The translations under genes were made by a program, and so were the position numbers. Below the pieces are notes generated by a model. It was not told the origin of the DNA, made no database searches, and saw nothing but the letters and a program-made list of their open reading frames with translations. A stretch of 53,597 bases of DNA from an uncultured Eubacteriales bacterium. Its GTDB lineage: Bacteria > Bacillota > Clostridia > Oscillospirales > Acutalibacteraceae. Of the stretch, positions 1-9,361 are shown in pieces. The stretch covers positions 1 to 53,597 of the forward strand of contig CAZBAO010000002.1 in the NCBI GenBank assembly GCA_964490085.1, read 5' to 3'. Each line of letters starts with the position of its first letter. Position 1 is the stretch's first letter.

Positions 1-574
1 CCACGCGAATCGGCTTGTTCCCGTCGTATTCCACCGTCACCTGCGTTTTGCCGTCGGGGCGCAAGTAAGACAGCGTGCCGTTTTTACGCAGTGCCGTGAG
101 CTCCTTTGCCAGACGATGCGCAAGCGAGATCGGCAACGGCATCAGCTCAGGGGTTTCGTCACACGCAAAGCCGAACATGAGTCCCTGATCGCCCGCGCCG
201 ATGCGGTCGTATGCGTCACCCTGTTCGTCGCCACGCACCTCGATCGCCTCGTTGACGCCCATGGCGATATCGGGCGACTGCTCGTCCAACACGGTCATCA
301 CCGCACAGGTGTTGCCGTCAAAGCCGATCGCGGCGTTGTTGTACCCGATATCGTTCACCACACCGCGCACGATCTTGGGAATATCCACCGACGCACCCGT
401 TGTGATCTCGCCCATCACCATCACCATACCGGTGGTGGTCACCGTTTCACACGCGACGTGCGCCGCAGGATCCTGTGCGATGATCGCGTCCAATACCGCG
501 TCGGAGATCTGATCGCACACCTTATCCGGATGTCCCTCCGTTACGGATTCCGACGTAAAAAAATGTCTTGCCAT
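1..574 (-). CDS. metK: S-adenosylmethionine synthetase, N-terminal ~191 codons (3' end runs off the window)
   Basis: Absent from the ORF track because it is open at the window edge. Manual reverse translation from the ATG at 574-572 gives [31 protein letters not shown]..., the canonical MetK N-terminus. It is preceded by an S-box leader. Confidence 0.95.
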   Translation of the reverse strand, partial: MARHFFTSESVTEGHPDKVCDQISDAVLDAIIAQDPAAHVACETVTTTGMVMVMGEITTGASVDIPKIVRGVVNDIGYNNAAIGFDGNTCAVMTVLDEQSPDIAMGVNEAIEVRGDEQGDAYDRIGAGDQGLMFGFACDETPELMPLPISLAHRLAKELTALRKNGTLSYLRPDGKTQVTVEYDGNKPIRV

Positions 575-597
575 GGTTGTTTTTCTTCCTTTCTTTG

Positions 598-745
598 CCG
601 AAAAAAGCGCCCCGTACAGAATACGGGGCGTATCTCCACCTCATCTGTCGGTCAAAACCGCAGGATTTAGCACCTTGCACACTTGCAGGTTGCCGGGCTT
701 CACAGGGCCTGTCCCTCCGCCGCTCTTGATAAGGACCTATTCGAT
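598..745 (-). promoter_or_regulatory. SAM-I (S-box) riboswitch with intrinsic terminator (stem 608-630, U-run 601-606)
   Basis: The minus strand reads CTTATCAAGAGCGGCGGAGGGACAGGCCCTGTGAAGCCCGGCAACC...GTGCTAAATCCTGC, which are the S-box core motifs. This is followed by CGCCCCGTA..TACGGGGCG plus TTTTTT directly upstream of metK. Confidence 0.9.
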
Positions 746-756
746 TTGCAGGTACT

Positions 757-784
757 ATTCTATCACATTTTGTCAGTTTGTCAA
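757..784 (-). promoter_or_regulatory. Candidate sigma-A promoter for the metK leader (TTGACA, 16 nt, TGaTAGAAT)
   Basis: The minus strand has TTGACA (784-779) and TAGAAT (762-757) with an extended -10 TG. It overlaps the 3' end of the upstream gene. Confidence 0.5.
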
Positions 785-1632
785 TACAGAAGTGTGATGG
801 TATGTAACCGATGGAAGGTTTTCCCGCCTTCAACGCAGTGGATACCCACCTTTTTGGTGATGTCCCCGTCGTGCTCCATCGTGTCGGGGAACCCGCACCA
901 CGGCTCCACGCAGAGGAACGGCGCGTGTTTCGGCTGCCACAACAGCAAATGGTCAAAGCCCTCATATACGACTTCCACACCGCGACCCGTTTCTTTGTTT
1001 CGGAGAATCAGCGAGTTGGACTTGCTGCCGTCGCGGAAATTCAGTGAATCGTTGAAGAAAAGCTCCTCGTTCAGCGGAAACACCTTGCTGTTGTCAAGAA
1101 TGAGCTTTTTGTCGTTGCTCGTGCTGATATTGAACGAGCTGTACAGCGTTTCCGCCTGCGGGAACACGATCTCATACGCGTTGACGCCTTCGGGGCACGC
1201 ATACGCCTCGTGCGCACCGATCGACATATACAGCGGTCGCTCCGACGGATTGGTCACGTCGTACGCCACCTCGATCGTGTCGCCGTTCAAGCGATACGTG
1301 ATGCGCAGCTCGTATGCAAACGGATAGTTAACGCGGCTTTCTTCGTCGTCACGGAGTAAAAACGTTGCCTCCGTTTCGGCAGCGCTCTCCACCTCAAACA
1401 ATTTAGTCCACGCATACCCGTGCTTCGGCAGCGTATAGGTCTTGCCCTCGTAATGATACTCGTTGTTTTTCAGACCGCTGCAGATCGGGAACAGCACCGG
1501 CGCGTGCTTGCCCCAAAACGCGGGATCACCGTGCCACAGATATTCCGTGCCATTCGCCGCGAGCACCGAGATCATCTCGGCACCCTGCTCCTTGATGGTA
1601 ACGGTCATGGATTCGTTTTTCAAAACAACCAT
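781..1632 (-). CDS. Aldose 1-epimerase (galactose mutarotase-like) family protein
   Basis: 283-aa ORF with the typical mutarotase-fold layout (WHGDPAFW...APVLFP..G, HLLLWQP...F.CVEPW). RBS AAAGGAG lies 6 nt upstream of the ATG. Confidence 0.8.
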   Translation of the reverse strand: MVVLKNESMTVTIKEQGAEMISVLAANGTEYLWHGDPAFWGKHAPVLFPICSGLKNNEYHYEGKTYTLPKHGYAWTKLFEVESAAETEATFLLRDDEESRVNYPFAYELRITYRLNGDTIEVAYDVTNPSERPLYMSIGAHEAYACPEGVNAYEIVFPQAETLYSSFNISTSNDKKLILDNSKVFPLNEELFFNDSLNFRDGSKSNSLILRNKETGRGVEVVYEGFDHLLLWQPKHAPFLCVEPWCGFPDTMEHDGDITKKVGIHCVEGGKTFHRLHTITLLY

Positions 1633-1645
1633 TATTTACTCTCCT

Positions 1646-2920
1646 TTACTTTACGATCACGGATATGCCATCCGGTATTGCAACGATCTTTACGTCTTGC
1701 TTCCCCAGCAGCTCTTTTGCTTTGGCGAGTGCCTCGCCGATGGAATGTGCCGGAAGCATATGCATATCCCGCACGATATCATCCGGTGCGTTGGAAACAT
1801 AGATGACCGACGCTTTCATCAGAATTCTCAAAAAGATCTGAGACATCCATTGATCGGGCTCGGTTTCATTGCGCGCACGTTCCAAAAACACCCGCATGGT
1901 TTCGTGAATATCCTTCGTCTGTGCCATGCGACGGTAAAAATGATCCCCGCCGGTACCGTCGTCCGACGCGGCAAGCATAATGATCACGCCGCCTTGTTTA
2001 ACGGTAGCCTCAGCCGCCGTCATACCCTTTACTGCCTGATATATATTTTGGTCTAACGGATATCCGCCGTTCGTTGTGACCACAATGTCAGCGGGGATCG
2101 CCTTTGCGCCGCAAAGAGAGGACAAAAAGTCGGCACCTTTTTTGTGAGCTTCCACGGCATCTCCGGCCGTTGCAAAGATGGGTTCTTTTTCAGAATTCAA
2201 CACCACGTTCACAATAAATTGCAGATTTGCTTTTTGCGCCGCCCACACCATATCCTTGTGTATGGGGTTGTCCGTTAAGATCCCCGTTCTTGCCTTCTCA
2301 TCCGCGATAAATTCCGAGCAATGATTCGCCAGCACCGTCGCCCTTCCGGCAATGCCCGGCAGCACGCTCTTTCTTCCGCCTGAAAAGCCCGCGAAAAAGT
2401 GCGGTTCAATAAACCCTTCTGCAACAAGCAGGTCCGCCTCATACGCGATACGGTTGATCTCACACTGCCCGCCCGACGGCAAAACGCCGATGTTAACAAG
2501 CTTTTCCCGCTCATCGCAATCGTGAATATAAATGGTCTCGTTTTGTACGATCTCTTCCCCGAACTTGCTTATCAGCTCCTCCTTGGTCGTACCCCGATGA
2601 CAACCCGTTGCGATGAGGATCGTAATATCCGCGTCAGGATTGCCGCTTCGGATCTCTCTGAGCATTTGCGGCATTATGATCTTACTCGGCACCGGGCGCG
2701 TATGATCGCTTGCAATAATAACGACGTTTTTCTTGTTCCTTGCAAGCTCGCAGAGCCTTTTGCTGCCTACGGGCGCCTCTATGGCTCGTCGCACCAGCTC
2801 AGCAGCGTCGCATTCGGGCTGATACTCCTCAATGGACGATGTCAGAACGCCGGCAAGCTCGCTGTCATCGAAGTTGTAGCGCATCGTCCCTTTGCCGTAC
2901 GGAAAAGTTATTGATCCCAT
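1646..2920 (-). CDS. larA: LarA-family nickel-pincer-dependent 2-hydroxyacid racemase/epimerase (DUF2088)
   Basis: 424 aa with SDHTRPVP and HFFAGFSGGRKSVLPG motifs characteristic of the lactate racemase family. The start lies 1 nt after the stop of the upstream gene. Confidence 0.85.
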   Translation of the reverse strand: MGSITFPYGKGTMRYNFDDSELAGVLTSSIEEYQPECDAAELVRRAIEAPVGSKRLCELARNKKNVVIIASDHTRPVPSKIIMPQMLREIRSGNPDADITILIATGCHRGTTKEELISKFGEEIVQNETIYIHDCDEREKLVNIGVLPSGGQCEINRIAYEADLLVAEGFIEPHFFAGFSGGRKSVLPGIAGRATVLANHCSEFIADEKARTGILTDNPIHKDMVWAAQKANLQFIVNVVLNSEKEPIFATAGDAVEAHKKGADFLSSLCGAKAIPADIVVTTNGGYPLDQNIYQAVKGMTAAEATVKQGGVIIMLAASDDGTGGDHFYRRMAQTKDIHETMRVFLERARNETEPDQWMSQIFLRILMKASVIYVSNAPDDIVRDMHMLPAHSIGEALAKAKELLGKQDVKIVAIPDGISVIVK

Positions 2921-2921
2921 T

Positions 2922-3461
2922 CTACGCTTTCTTTCCTTCCTTCGTAATTTTTACCACTATGCTCATCAACAGGGGAATCAGCACCAATTGTAGCACAATA
3001 CCGGCAAACGAGTCAATAAACGCGCCGGTTAAAAACATCGAAAACGTAAATACAGACCCTTTCAAGCCAAGCAGCAGCGCTTTGGCAATGCCCCACACCG
3101 CTCGGCCACATAGCATCGCCACGATAAGGCATCCATATAAACGGCCCAGCGAAAACTTGGTTACGCGTGCATACAATAGCCCGATCATCAGCCCGTATGT
3201 TGAAAGCTCCAACGCCATCCACACCGCGTTGGGATAGATCGGCGGCATGGAAAACACCACAGAGCGCAGAAACGGTAAGATAAAGCCCACCGTTGCCCCG
3301 TATTTCCATCCGCACAACAGGCCGCACAATAAGACCGGCAGGTGCATCGGCAGTAAAGTATCGCCGATCTCCTTGATCTGACCGGTCAACAACGGCAATA
3401 CGAAACCGACTGCCAAAAGCATGGCGGCAAGCACCGTTTTTTTAACATTTTCACGTTTCAT
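2922..3461 (-). CDS. ECF-transporter S (substrate-capture) component, substrate unknown
   Basis: 179 aa with about 6 TM segments. The small polytopic layout and the LPMHLPVLLCG segment are typical of ECF S components. No A/T components are adjacent. Confidence 0.6.
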   Translation of the reverse strand: MKRENVKKTVLAAMLLAVGFVLPLLTGQIKEIGDTLLPMHLPVLLCGLLCGWKYGATVGFILPFLRSVVFSMPPIYPNAVWMALELSTYGLMIGLLYARVTKFSLGRLYGCLIVAMLCGRAVWGIAKALLLGLKGSVFTFSMFLTGAFIDSFAGIVLQLVLIPLLMSIVVKITKEGKKA

Positions 3462-3488
3462 TTTCCATCACCCCAAAACAAGGCACAC

Positions 3489-5096
3489 TTATTTTTCCCA
3501 CTTGTCACACAACGCGTGTATCTGAGCCGTAAACTTGGCAAGATCCTTGTTCGCGCGCCCACGGCTGTTTTCGATCACACGCAACAATCGCTGTCCCGCG
3601 GCGGTAAGCTTGCCGAACACGGTATTCTCGCGGCGGGTATCCCCCGCTTTGCGCTCAATACGCCGACGGCTGCCCTGCTCGACCTGCTGATCTTCGAGCA
3701 GATCCCACGCATCCCCGCTGTACGGTGCGGTCGCCGACTGCTGCTGTTCGCTCGTCAGGCGGGCGGCTAAGATCTCGCACGCACTCTCGTCACCGTGGTT
3801 GACGAACACCCTGGTCGGTTTCGGATCAAATGAACCGACCCACCGCAACAGCCCGTTATCGTCCGCGTGGCTGCTGATGCTGTTGAGCTTGGTGATCTCG
3901 GCGTTGACCTCAATGGTCTCACCAAACAGCTTTACTTCCTTTGCCCCGTCCAGTAACGATCGGCCGATGGTGTTCACCGATTGATAGCCGACGAACAAGA
4001 TCGTGCTGTCCGCCCGCCACAGATTGTGTTTGAGATGATGGCGGATACGTCCCGCCTCACACATACCGCTGGCGGACAAAATGACCTTGGAGCGTTTATC
4101 CGCGTTGATCGCCCGCGAATCGTCCGCCGTCACGGAAGTGGAGAGCCCCGTAAACCCGATGGGGTTCTTGCCGCTTTGCACCAGTGCGCGGGTTTCCTCG
4201 TCGTAGCATTCCATCGCGGTCGGCCCGAAAATGCGCGTGGCCTCCACCGCGAGCGGACTGTCCACCACCACGGCAAAATCACCGTGACCCTTGACCAAAT
4301 TCTGTTCCTTGATCTGCCTTATAAAATACAGCATTTCCTGCGTGCGACCCACCGCAAATGACGGAATGACGACGTTGCCGCCGCGGTCAAAGGTGCGCTG
4401 GATCACCGCCGCCAAATCGCGGACGTAATCCGGCTTTTCCTCGTCATGACTGCGGTCGCCGTAGGTGGATTCCACCACCACGTAATCGGCGGTTTTCAGC
4501 AGCTGCGGATCGCGCAGGATGGGTTTGTTGTCGTTGCCGATATCCCCCGAAAACACGATGCGCTTTTCCTCGCCGTTTTCTCTGGCGGTCACCGTGATGG
4601 AGGACGAACCGAGCAAATGCCCCGCGTCGGTAAAGGTCACCGACACCTCGTCAAACGGCGTGTACACCGTATCGTAATCGCACGACACGAACTGCGGCAG
4701 TACACCCTCCACGTCCTGCATGGTATACAGCGGCACGTACGGCGGCTGACCCGCGCGCTGTGCCTTGCGGTTGCGCCACTGCGCCTCAAACTCCTGGATA
4801 TGCGCGGAATCTCGCAGCATGATGTGACAAAGCTCGGTCGTGGCGCGCGTGGCATACACCGCCCCGCGAAATCCGTTGGCATACAGCATCGGTATCTTAC
4901 CGGAATGGTCGATGTGCGCGTGCGTCAACAACACCGCGTCGATCAGCGAGGGGGCAACCGGTATCTCCTGATTTTCAAACAGATCCCGTCCCTGCTCCAT
5001 ACCGCAGTCGATGAGTATCTTTTTACCACTGACCGTCAGCAACGTGCAGCTGCCGGTGACCTCGTGCGTAGCACCTAAAAACGTGATCTTCATCAC
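3489..5096 (-). CDS. MBL-fold beta-CASP family hydrolase (RNA-metabolising metallo-beta-lactamase type)
   Basis: 535 aa with the HAHIDHSG motif and beta-CASP-like downstream motifs (SHAD, VNHGD). It carries a ~90-aa basic C-terminal tail. Confidence 0.8.
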   Translation of the reverse strand: MMKITFLGATHEVTGSCTLLTVSGKKILIDCGMEQGRDLFENQEIPVAPSLIDAVLLTHAHIDHSGKIPMLYANGFRGAVYATRATTELCHIMLRDSAHIQEFEAQWRNRKAQRAGQPPYVPLYTMQDVEGVLPQFVSCDYDTVYTPFDEVSVTFTDAGHLLGSSSITVTARENGEEKRIVFSGDIGNDNKPILRDPQLLKTADYVVVESTYGDRSHDEEKPDYVRDLAAVIQRTFDRGGNVVIPSFAVGRTQEMLYFIRQIKEQNLVKGHGDFAVVVDSPLAVEATRIFGPTAMECYDEETRALVQSGKNPIGFTGLSTSVTADDSRAINADKRSKVILSASGMCEAGRIRHHLKHNLWRADSTILFVGYQSVNTIGRSLLDGAKEVKLFGETIEVNAEITKLNSISSHADDNGLLRWVGSFDPKPTRVFVNHGDESACEILAARLTSEQQQSATAPYSGDAWDLLEDQQVEQGSRRRIERKAGDTRRENTVFGKLTAAGQRLLRVIENSRGRANKDLAKFTAQIHALCDKWEK

Positions 5097-5240
5097 TCAG
5101 CCCCCTTTTCTATATTATATGACGATTTTTCCACCCTTACAAGATATTTTCTAAAAAAATACTTTGTTGGAAAAGGGTGGATTTTTTCGGCAGCATCCGC
5201 TATAATAAAATCACATATGAGCACAAGGAGAGAGCCCTTT

Positions 5241-6794
5241 ATGCAAAAGCTTAATTACAAGCGTACGATGTTAGTCGGCTTTGCCTTCTTCCTCATCAGT
5301 GCGTTCTGGCAGGCGTACGACGCCACCATTCCGGTCATTCTGACCAATAAGTTCGGCATGTCCCAAACGTGGTCGGGCATCATCATGGCGCTTGATAACG
5401 TGCTGGCGGTGTTTATGCTGCCGCTGTTCGGCGCGCTCAGCGACAAATGCAAGACTCGCTTCGGCAAGCGCACCCCGTTCATCACCGTCGGCGCGGCGGT
5501 CGCCGCCGTGGTGCTGATCGGCCTGTCGCTTGTCGATAACGCGCAGCTTAAGCAGATCTCGGCGGTATCCGAGATCGACGACCCCGCCGCCTTGACCGTT
5601 ATTTACGAAACACAGGGTGACAAGACGTTAAAGACCCCCGAGGGCGAAGCCTTCGTCCTGTCCGACGAATTCACACTCGAGGAATTCACCCGCATCACAT
5701 GTAAGGTGACGAACGAGAACGGCAAGACCGAGACCTCCAAGGAGTACACAAACTACGTCGCACCCGCGCGTCAAGCGTACGTCGCCGAGGTCACCGCACA
5801 AAACCCCGCCTCACTCATATTCTTTATATCGCTGCTGCTCCTACTGCTCATCTCGATGGCGACCTTCCGTTCACCCGCGGTCGCACTGATGCCGGACGTC
5901 ACCGTCAAACCGCTTCGCAGCAAAGCAAACGCCGTCATCAACCTGATGGGCACCGCCGGCGGCATCCTCGTGTTGGTGTTGGGCATGGTGTTTGCCACCT
6001 CCGCCGTGCAAAACGCACTGATGAGCTACACCACCTACTATGCCGTCATCGCAGGGATCATGCTGGGCGCACTCCTTATCTTCCTGCTGACCGTGCGGGA
6101 ACCGGCTTGGTCCCGCCAAATGCAGGAGGACAGCGTACGGCTCGGCATTGAAGAAAACGCGGAGGATACCACCGTCAAGCGCGGGCTGTCCAAGAGCGAA
6201 AAACGGTCGCTCATCCTCATTCTCATCTCCATCGCACTGTGGTATTTCGGCTATAACGCCGTCACCTCCAAATACGCGGTATACGCCACCAATATTTTGG
6301 CTAAGGACTACAATACCACGATGTTGCTCGCACAGGCGGCCGCGATCGTCGCGTATCTGCCCGCCGGTATGGTCGCCTCCAAGATCGGCCGTAAAAAGAC
6401 TATTTTAGGCGGTGTCGTGATGCTCGCCACCGCATTCGGCGTTGCTGCCTTTATGCGGTCCGAGAGCCCCACTCTGCTGATGAACGCGATGTTTATTCTA
6501 GCGGGTATCGCGTGGGCAACCATCAACGTCAACTCCTTCCCGATGGTGGTGGAGATGTGCTCCGGCAGTGATATCGGCAAGTACACCGGTTACTATTACA
6601 CCGCCTCCATGGCGGCACAGATCGCCACACCGATGCTTTCCGGTTTTTTAATGGATCAGATCGCGGAAACGGTGCTGTTCCCCTATGCCGCGATCTTCGT
6701 GGCACTCGCGTTCGTGACGATGTTCTTTGTCCGCCACGGCGATGCTAAGATCGTCGCGAAAAAAGGCTTGGAGGCACTGGATATCGATGATTAA
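5241..6794 (+). CDS. MFS transporter with a ~90-aa hydrophilic insertion
   Basis: Multi-TM ORF. The start was moved to the ATG at 5241 (MQKLNYKRT) because AAGGAG lies at 5225-5230 and a TATAAT box (5201-5206) sits too close to the 5217 ATG. Confidence 0.8.
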   Translation: MQKLNYKRTMLVGFAFFLISAFWQAYDATIPVILTNKFGMSQTWSGIIMALDNVLAVFMLPLFGALSDKCKTRFGKRTPFITVGAAVAAVVLIGLSLVDNAQLKQISAVSEIDDPAALTVIYETQGDKTLKTPEGEAFVLSDEFTLEEFTRITCKVTNENGKTETSKEYTNYVAPARQAYVAEVTAQNPASLIFFISLLLLLLISMATFRSPAVALMPDVTVKPLRSKANAVINLMGTAGGILVLVLGMVFATSAVQNALMSYTTYYAVIAGIMLGALLIFLLTVREPAWSRQMQEDSVRLGIEENAEDTTVKRGLSKSEKRSLILILISIALWYFGYNAVTSKYAVYATNILAKDYNTTMLLAQAAAIVAYLPAGMVASKIGRKKTILGGVVMLATAFGVAAFMRSESPTLLMNAMFILAGIAWATINVNSFPMVVEMCSGSDIGKYTGYYYTASMAAQIATPMLSGFLMDQIAETVLFPYAAIFVALAFVTMFFVRHGDAKIVAKKGLEALDIDD

Positions 6795-7593
6795 CTTGTT
6801 ATGGATCATCCCCGCCGCACTGCTCGTGCTGTACGTGTTGAGCGTCGGCGGCAGATCGGGTCACGCGGGATTAAAAGATCTGCAGGGTCACGTGTTTGCC
6901 CATCGGGGCTTACACAACGGCACGCGTCCCGAAAATTCCCTGTCCGCTTTTCGGGCAGCGCGGGATAAAGGGTACGGCATTGAACTGGATATTCATCTTT
7001 TAAAAGACGGCACGCTCGCCGTGTTCCACGACCATACGCTGATCCGTATGACGGGTGAAGACGGCAAGATCGAGGATCTCACCGCCGCCGACCTTTCGCG
7101 GGTTCATTTAAACGGCACCGACGAGGTGATCCCGACGTTCGGCGAGGCGCTCTCCCTCATCGACGGGAAAGTCCCGCTGGTGATCGAGCTCAAAGCCGCC
7201 GGCAATCACGGCGCACTGGTGGATGCCGCGATGAAGCAGCTGCGCGAGTATCACGGTGTCTACTGCATCGAGTCGTTTGACCCGCGCTGCCTGTGGCATC
7301 TCAAAAAACGCCATCCGGATGTCATCCGCGGCCAGCTGTCGCAGAACTTTATCGGCAGCGAGGAAAAGCTGTCCGGTGTAACCAAGTTCATCTTAACTTG
7401 CCTTTTGACAAACTTCCTCACCCGCCCCGATTTTGTGGCGTATAAATTCACCGACCGCAAGCATTTCAGCGTCACCCTCGCCCGCAAACTGTGGCGCGTG
7501 CAAGGGGTCGTGTGGACGCTCACCGATATAGAACAGCACAAAACCACCCTCGTCGAGGGTTACCTCCCCATTTTTGAACACTACGAACCGTAA
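6787..7593 (+). CDS. Membrane-anchored glycerophosphodiester phosphodiesterase family protein
   Basis: Contains HRG..........ENS..AF and GIELDIHL..DG..VVFHD, the GDPD signatures. The preferred start is ATG 6787 (MINLLWIIP, N-terminal TM), which overlaps the MFS stop as ATGATTAA. Confidence 0.85.
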   Translation: MINLLWIIPAALLVLYVLSVGGRSGHAGLKDLQGHVFAHRGLHNGTRPENSLSAFRAARDKGYGIELDIHLLKDGTLAVFHDHTLIRMTGEDGKIEDLTAADLSRVHLNGTDEVIPTFGEALSLIDGKVPLVIELKAAGNHGALVDAAMKQLREYHGVYCIESFDPRCLWHLKKRHPDVIRGQLSQNFIGSEEKLSGVTKFILTCLLTNFLTRPDFVAYKFTDRKHFSVTLARKLWRVQGVVWTLTDIEQHKTTLVEGYLPIFEHYEP

Positions 7594-7596
7594 CAA

Positions 7597-7632
7597 AAGC
7601 GGCGCGGTATGCAACTGCATACCGCGCCGCTT
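7597..7632. terminator. Bidirectional intrinsic terminator between convergent genes
   Basis: 16-bp perfect stem AAGCGGCGCGGTATGC / GCATACCGCGCCGCTT with a 4-nt loop. T-rich tracts are present on both strands. Confidence 0.7.
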
Positions 7633-7652
7633 GTTTGTGTGCCTATTTGTTT

Positions 7653-9293
7653 TTACTTTTCAACCACCAACAGAACACCTTCAGGACCAACTCGTTTTTC
7701 CGGTTCTGTTAAAATGTTTTCAGCAATACATTTTTCAATCAAATCGTTCAAAACATTTATTCCCGCTACCAACAAATTATATGATTTATATTCATTAAGA
7801 AGATGTTTTTGAATATGCGATACCATATAATCATGCAACTCTACAGCAATTTCATTACAGATGTCTTCAACGGAATCATAATATCCTCGAAGAAGATTGC
7901 GGTATTTTTCCCAATCTTCATGATAGATAGTTATTATTTTCGGCTCTAAAACATCGCCAACTTTTCTTAAGAATCCACATTCAATTGCCTTTGCCGCAAT
8001 CTCCTTTTGATTCTCGGTTAAGTCATTTACAGACAGTCCACCGATCGCTTTTAATGTAATACTCATTTTTTCATCATTTGTTATGTCCTGACCGGCATAA
8101 AAATGTCTGTCAATTCTTTTGCCGTAGATATTGCGGATAAAAACATAAGAATAACCACAAAAATCTCGTGTCTCATTGCCGTCACAACCATAAAACCTAC
8201 CACCGTAAGGTGTACCGTCCTTAACTGCAACAGCAACTGTTGTAAAATACCTCTCCGGCAATTTTACATCTTTAAAGAACTTTTCTTCGAGTATATCATC
8301 AACACGTTCTTTTATAAACCACACAGATTCGTTTATCAAGGACCAAAGAATAAATCTCAAGTCGGTTTGTGGGCTCAAATAAGGGAAGTTTAAAAAGCTT
8401 TCTTTAGTATCAGTCAAATGCTTTTTTAGTTTTTCGGAAAGTTTGTCCAACTGTTTTGTATATATTTCTCCAACTTCATCAAACTCGTGGTTATCAACGA
8501 TAATTACGTTGGCAATATACTTTTCTCCTTCTTTCCGAAGAAGTCCGTAACTACCGTTTTCGCCTTTAATTTGAATATCAAGTTCATCTTCAATATAAGG
8601 CATAGGAACGCATAATTCTTCTGATAACTCTTTCGCACTCTTGGCCTTATCTTTACACGCATAAACGATATTTTGGGATAAAATACGCTCCGCCTTTGTT
8701 CGCGGGTCATTCCCACGAGGGTTACCAGTACCTATAAATGCCAAAGAGACAGGCTTTAAAGATAAATTTCTTTCACTCATCGTTTCAACCTCTTTTCTGA
8801 CTGTATTACGTGCAGAAAACAAACGCTGTTTTACTGTTGTTTCATTGATGCCGAGTTTTAAGGCAATATCCTTAACCTTCATTTCGTCAAGGTAATACAG
8901 CACCATAACCTCTCGGTAAGCTTTGGACAGAAATGAAATCTCTGCAAAGATTTTCTTTATCTGTTCCTGCTCGGCAGCTTCTTCAATAAAATTATCAATT
9001 TCATTTTCTTTTGCTACCAATAGCAAATCGCTATTTTCAATACTAATGGTTTGTCGTGTCTGATTCCTCTTTTCAGAGTAATCGGCATACACTCTCCGTG
9101 CGATCGTCCAAACAAACCCGTAAAAGTTTTCTATACTCTCCTGATTATGTACAGCAGATATTACGGCAAGAATGATGTCCGAGCACAAATCCTCCGCCTC
9201 ATAGGAAATATTGCATCTTCGGTATGAGAATTGATAGACTTTATCGAGAAACTCTTTATTACCGATAAGTTTTAATGCTTCGTTCGTTTTCAT
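7653..9293 (-). CDS. Sigma-70 family (ECF-like) sigma factor fused to a ~375-aa soluble C-terminal domain of unknown function
   Basis: The N-terminal ~175 aa carry region 2-like (FYGFVWTIARRVYADY) and region 4.2 HTH (YREVMVLYYLDEMKVKDIALKLGINETTVKQRLFSARNTV) segments. The remainder shows no TM segment. The start is set to ATG 9293 (RBS AAAGGTG) rather than the TTG at 9311. Confidence 0.75.
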   Translation of the reverse strand: MKTNEALKLIGNKEFLDKVYQFSYRRCNISYEAEDLCSDIILAVISAVHNQESIENFYGFVWTIARRVYADYSEKRNQTRQTISIENSDLLLVAKENEIDNFIEEAAEQEQIKKIFAEISFLSKAYREVMVLYYLDEMKVKDIALKLGINETTVKQRLFSARNTVRKEVETMSERNLSLKPVSLAFIGTGNPRGNDPRTKAERILSQNIVYACKDKAKSAKELSEELCVPMPYIEDELDIQIKGENGSYGLLRKEGEKYIANVIIVDNHEFDEVGEIYTKQLDKLSEKLKKHLTDTKESFLNFPYLSPQTDLRFILWSLINESVWFIKERVDDILEEKFFKDVKLPERYFTTVAVAVKDGTPYGGRFYGCDGNETRDFCGYSYVFIRNIYGKRIDRHFYAGQDITNDEKMSITLKAIGGLSVNDLTENQKEIAAKAIECGFLRKVGDVLEPKIITIYHEDWEKYRNLLRGYYDSVEDICNEIAVELHDYMVSHIQKHLLNEYKSYNLLVAGINVLNDLIEKCIAENILTEPEKRVGPEGVLLVVEK

Positions 9294-9361
9294 CCTGCAC
9301 CTTTGCTTCAATCATGATTGTTACGCCTATATAGTCAGAAAATGAAAAGGTTGGTTAGGTG

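Noticed and set aside
116-670. 184-aa and 103-aa + strand ORFs at the window start.
   Set aside because: They are antisense to metK, whose identity is unambiguous, and they extend into the S-box leader.
5125-5190. Long hairpin (TCCACCCTT ... AAGGGTGGA plus a T-run) in the divergent region between the beta-CASP gene and the MFS gene. I considered it as a possible riboswitch or attenuator.
   Set aside because: It contains no conserved riboswitch core that I recognise. It lies upstream of, and overlaps the -35 region of, the only plausible MFS -10 box (TATAAT at 5201-5206), so it would not be in the leader. It may simply insulate the two divergent units. I kept it as a note only.
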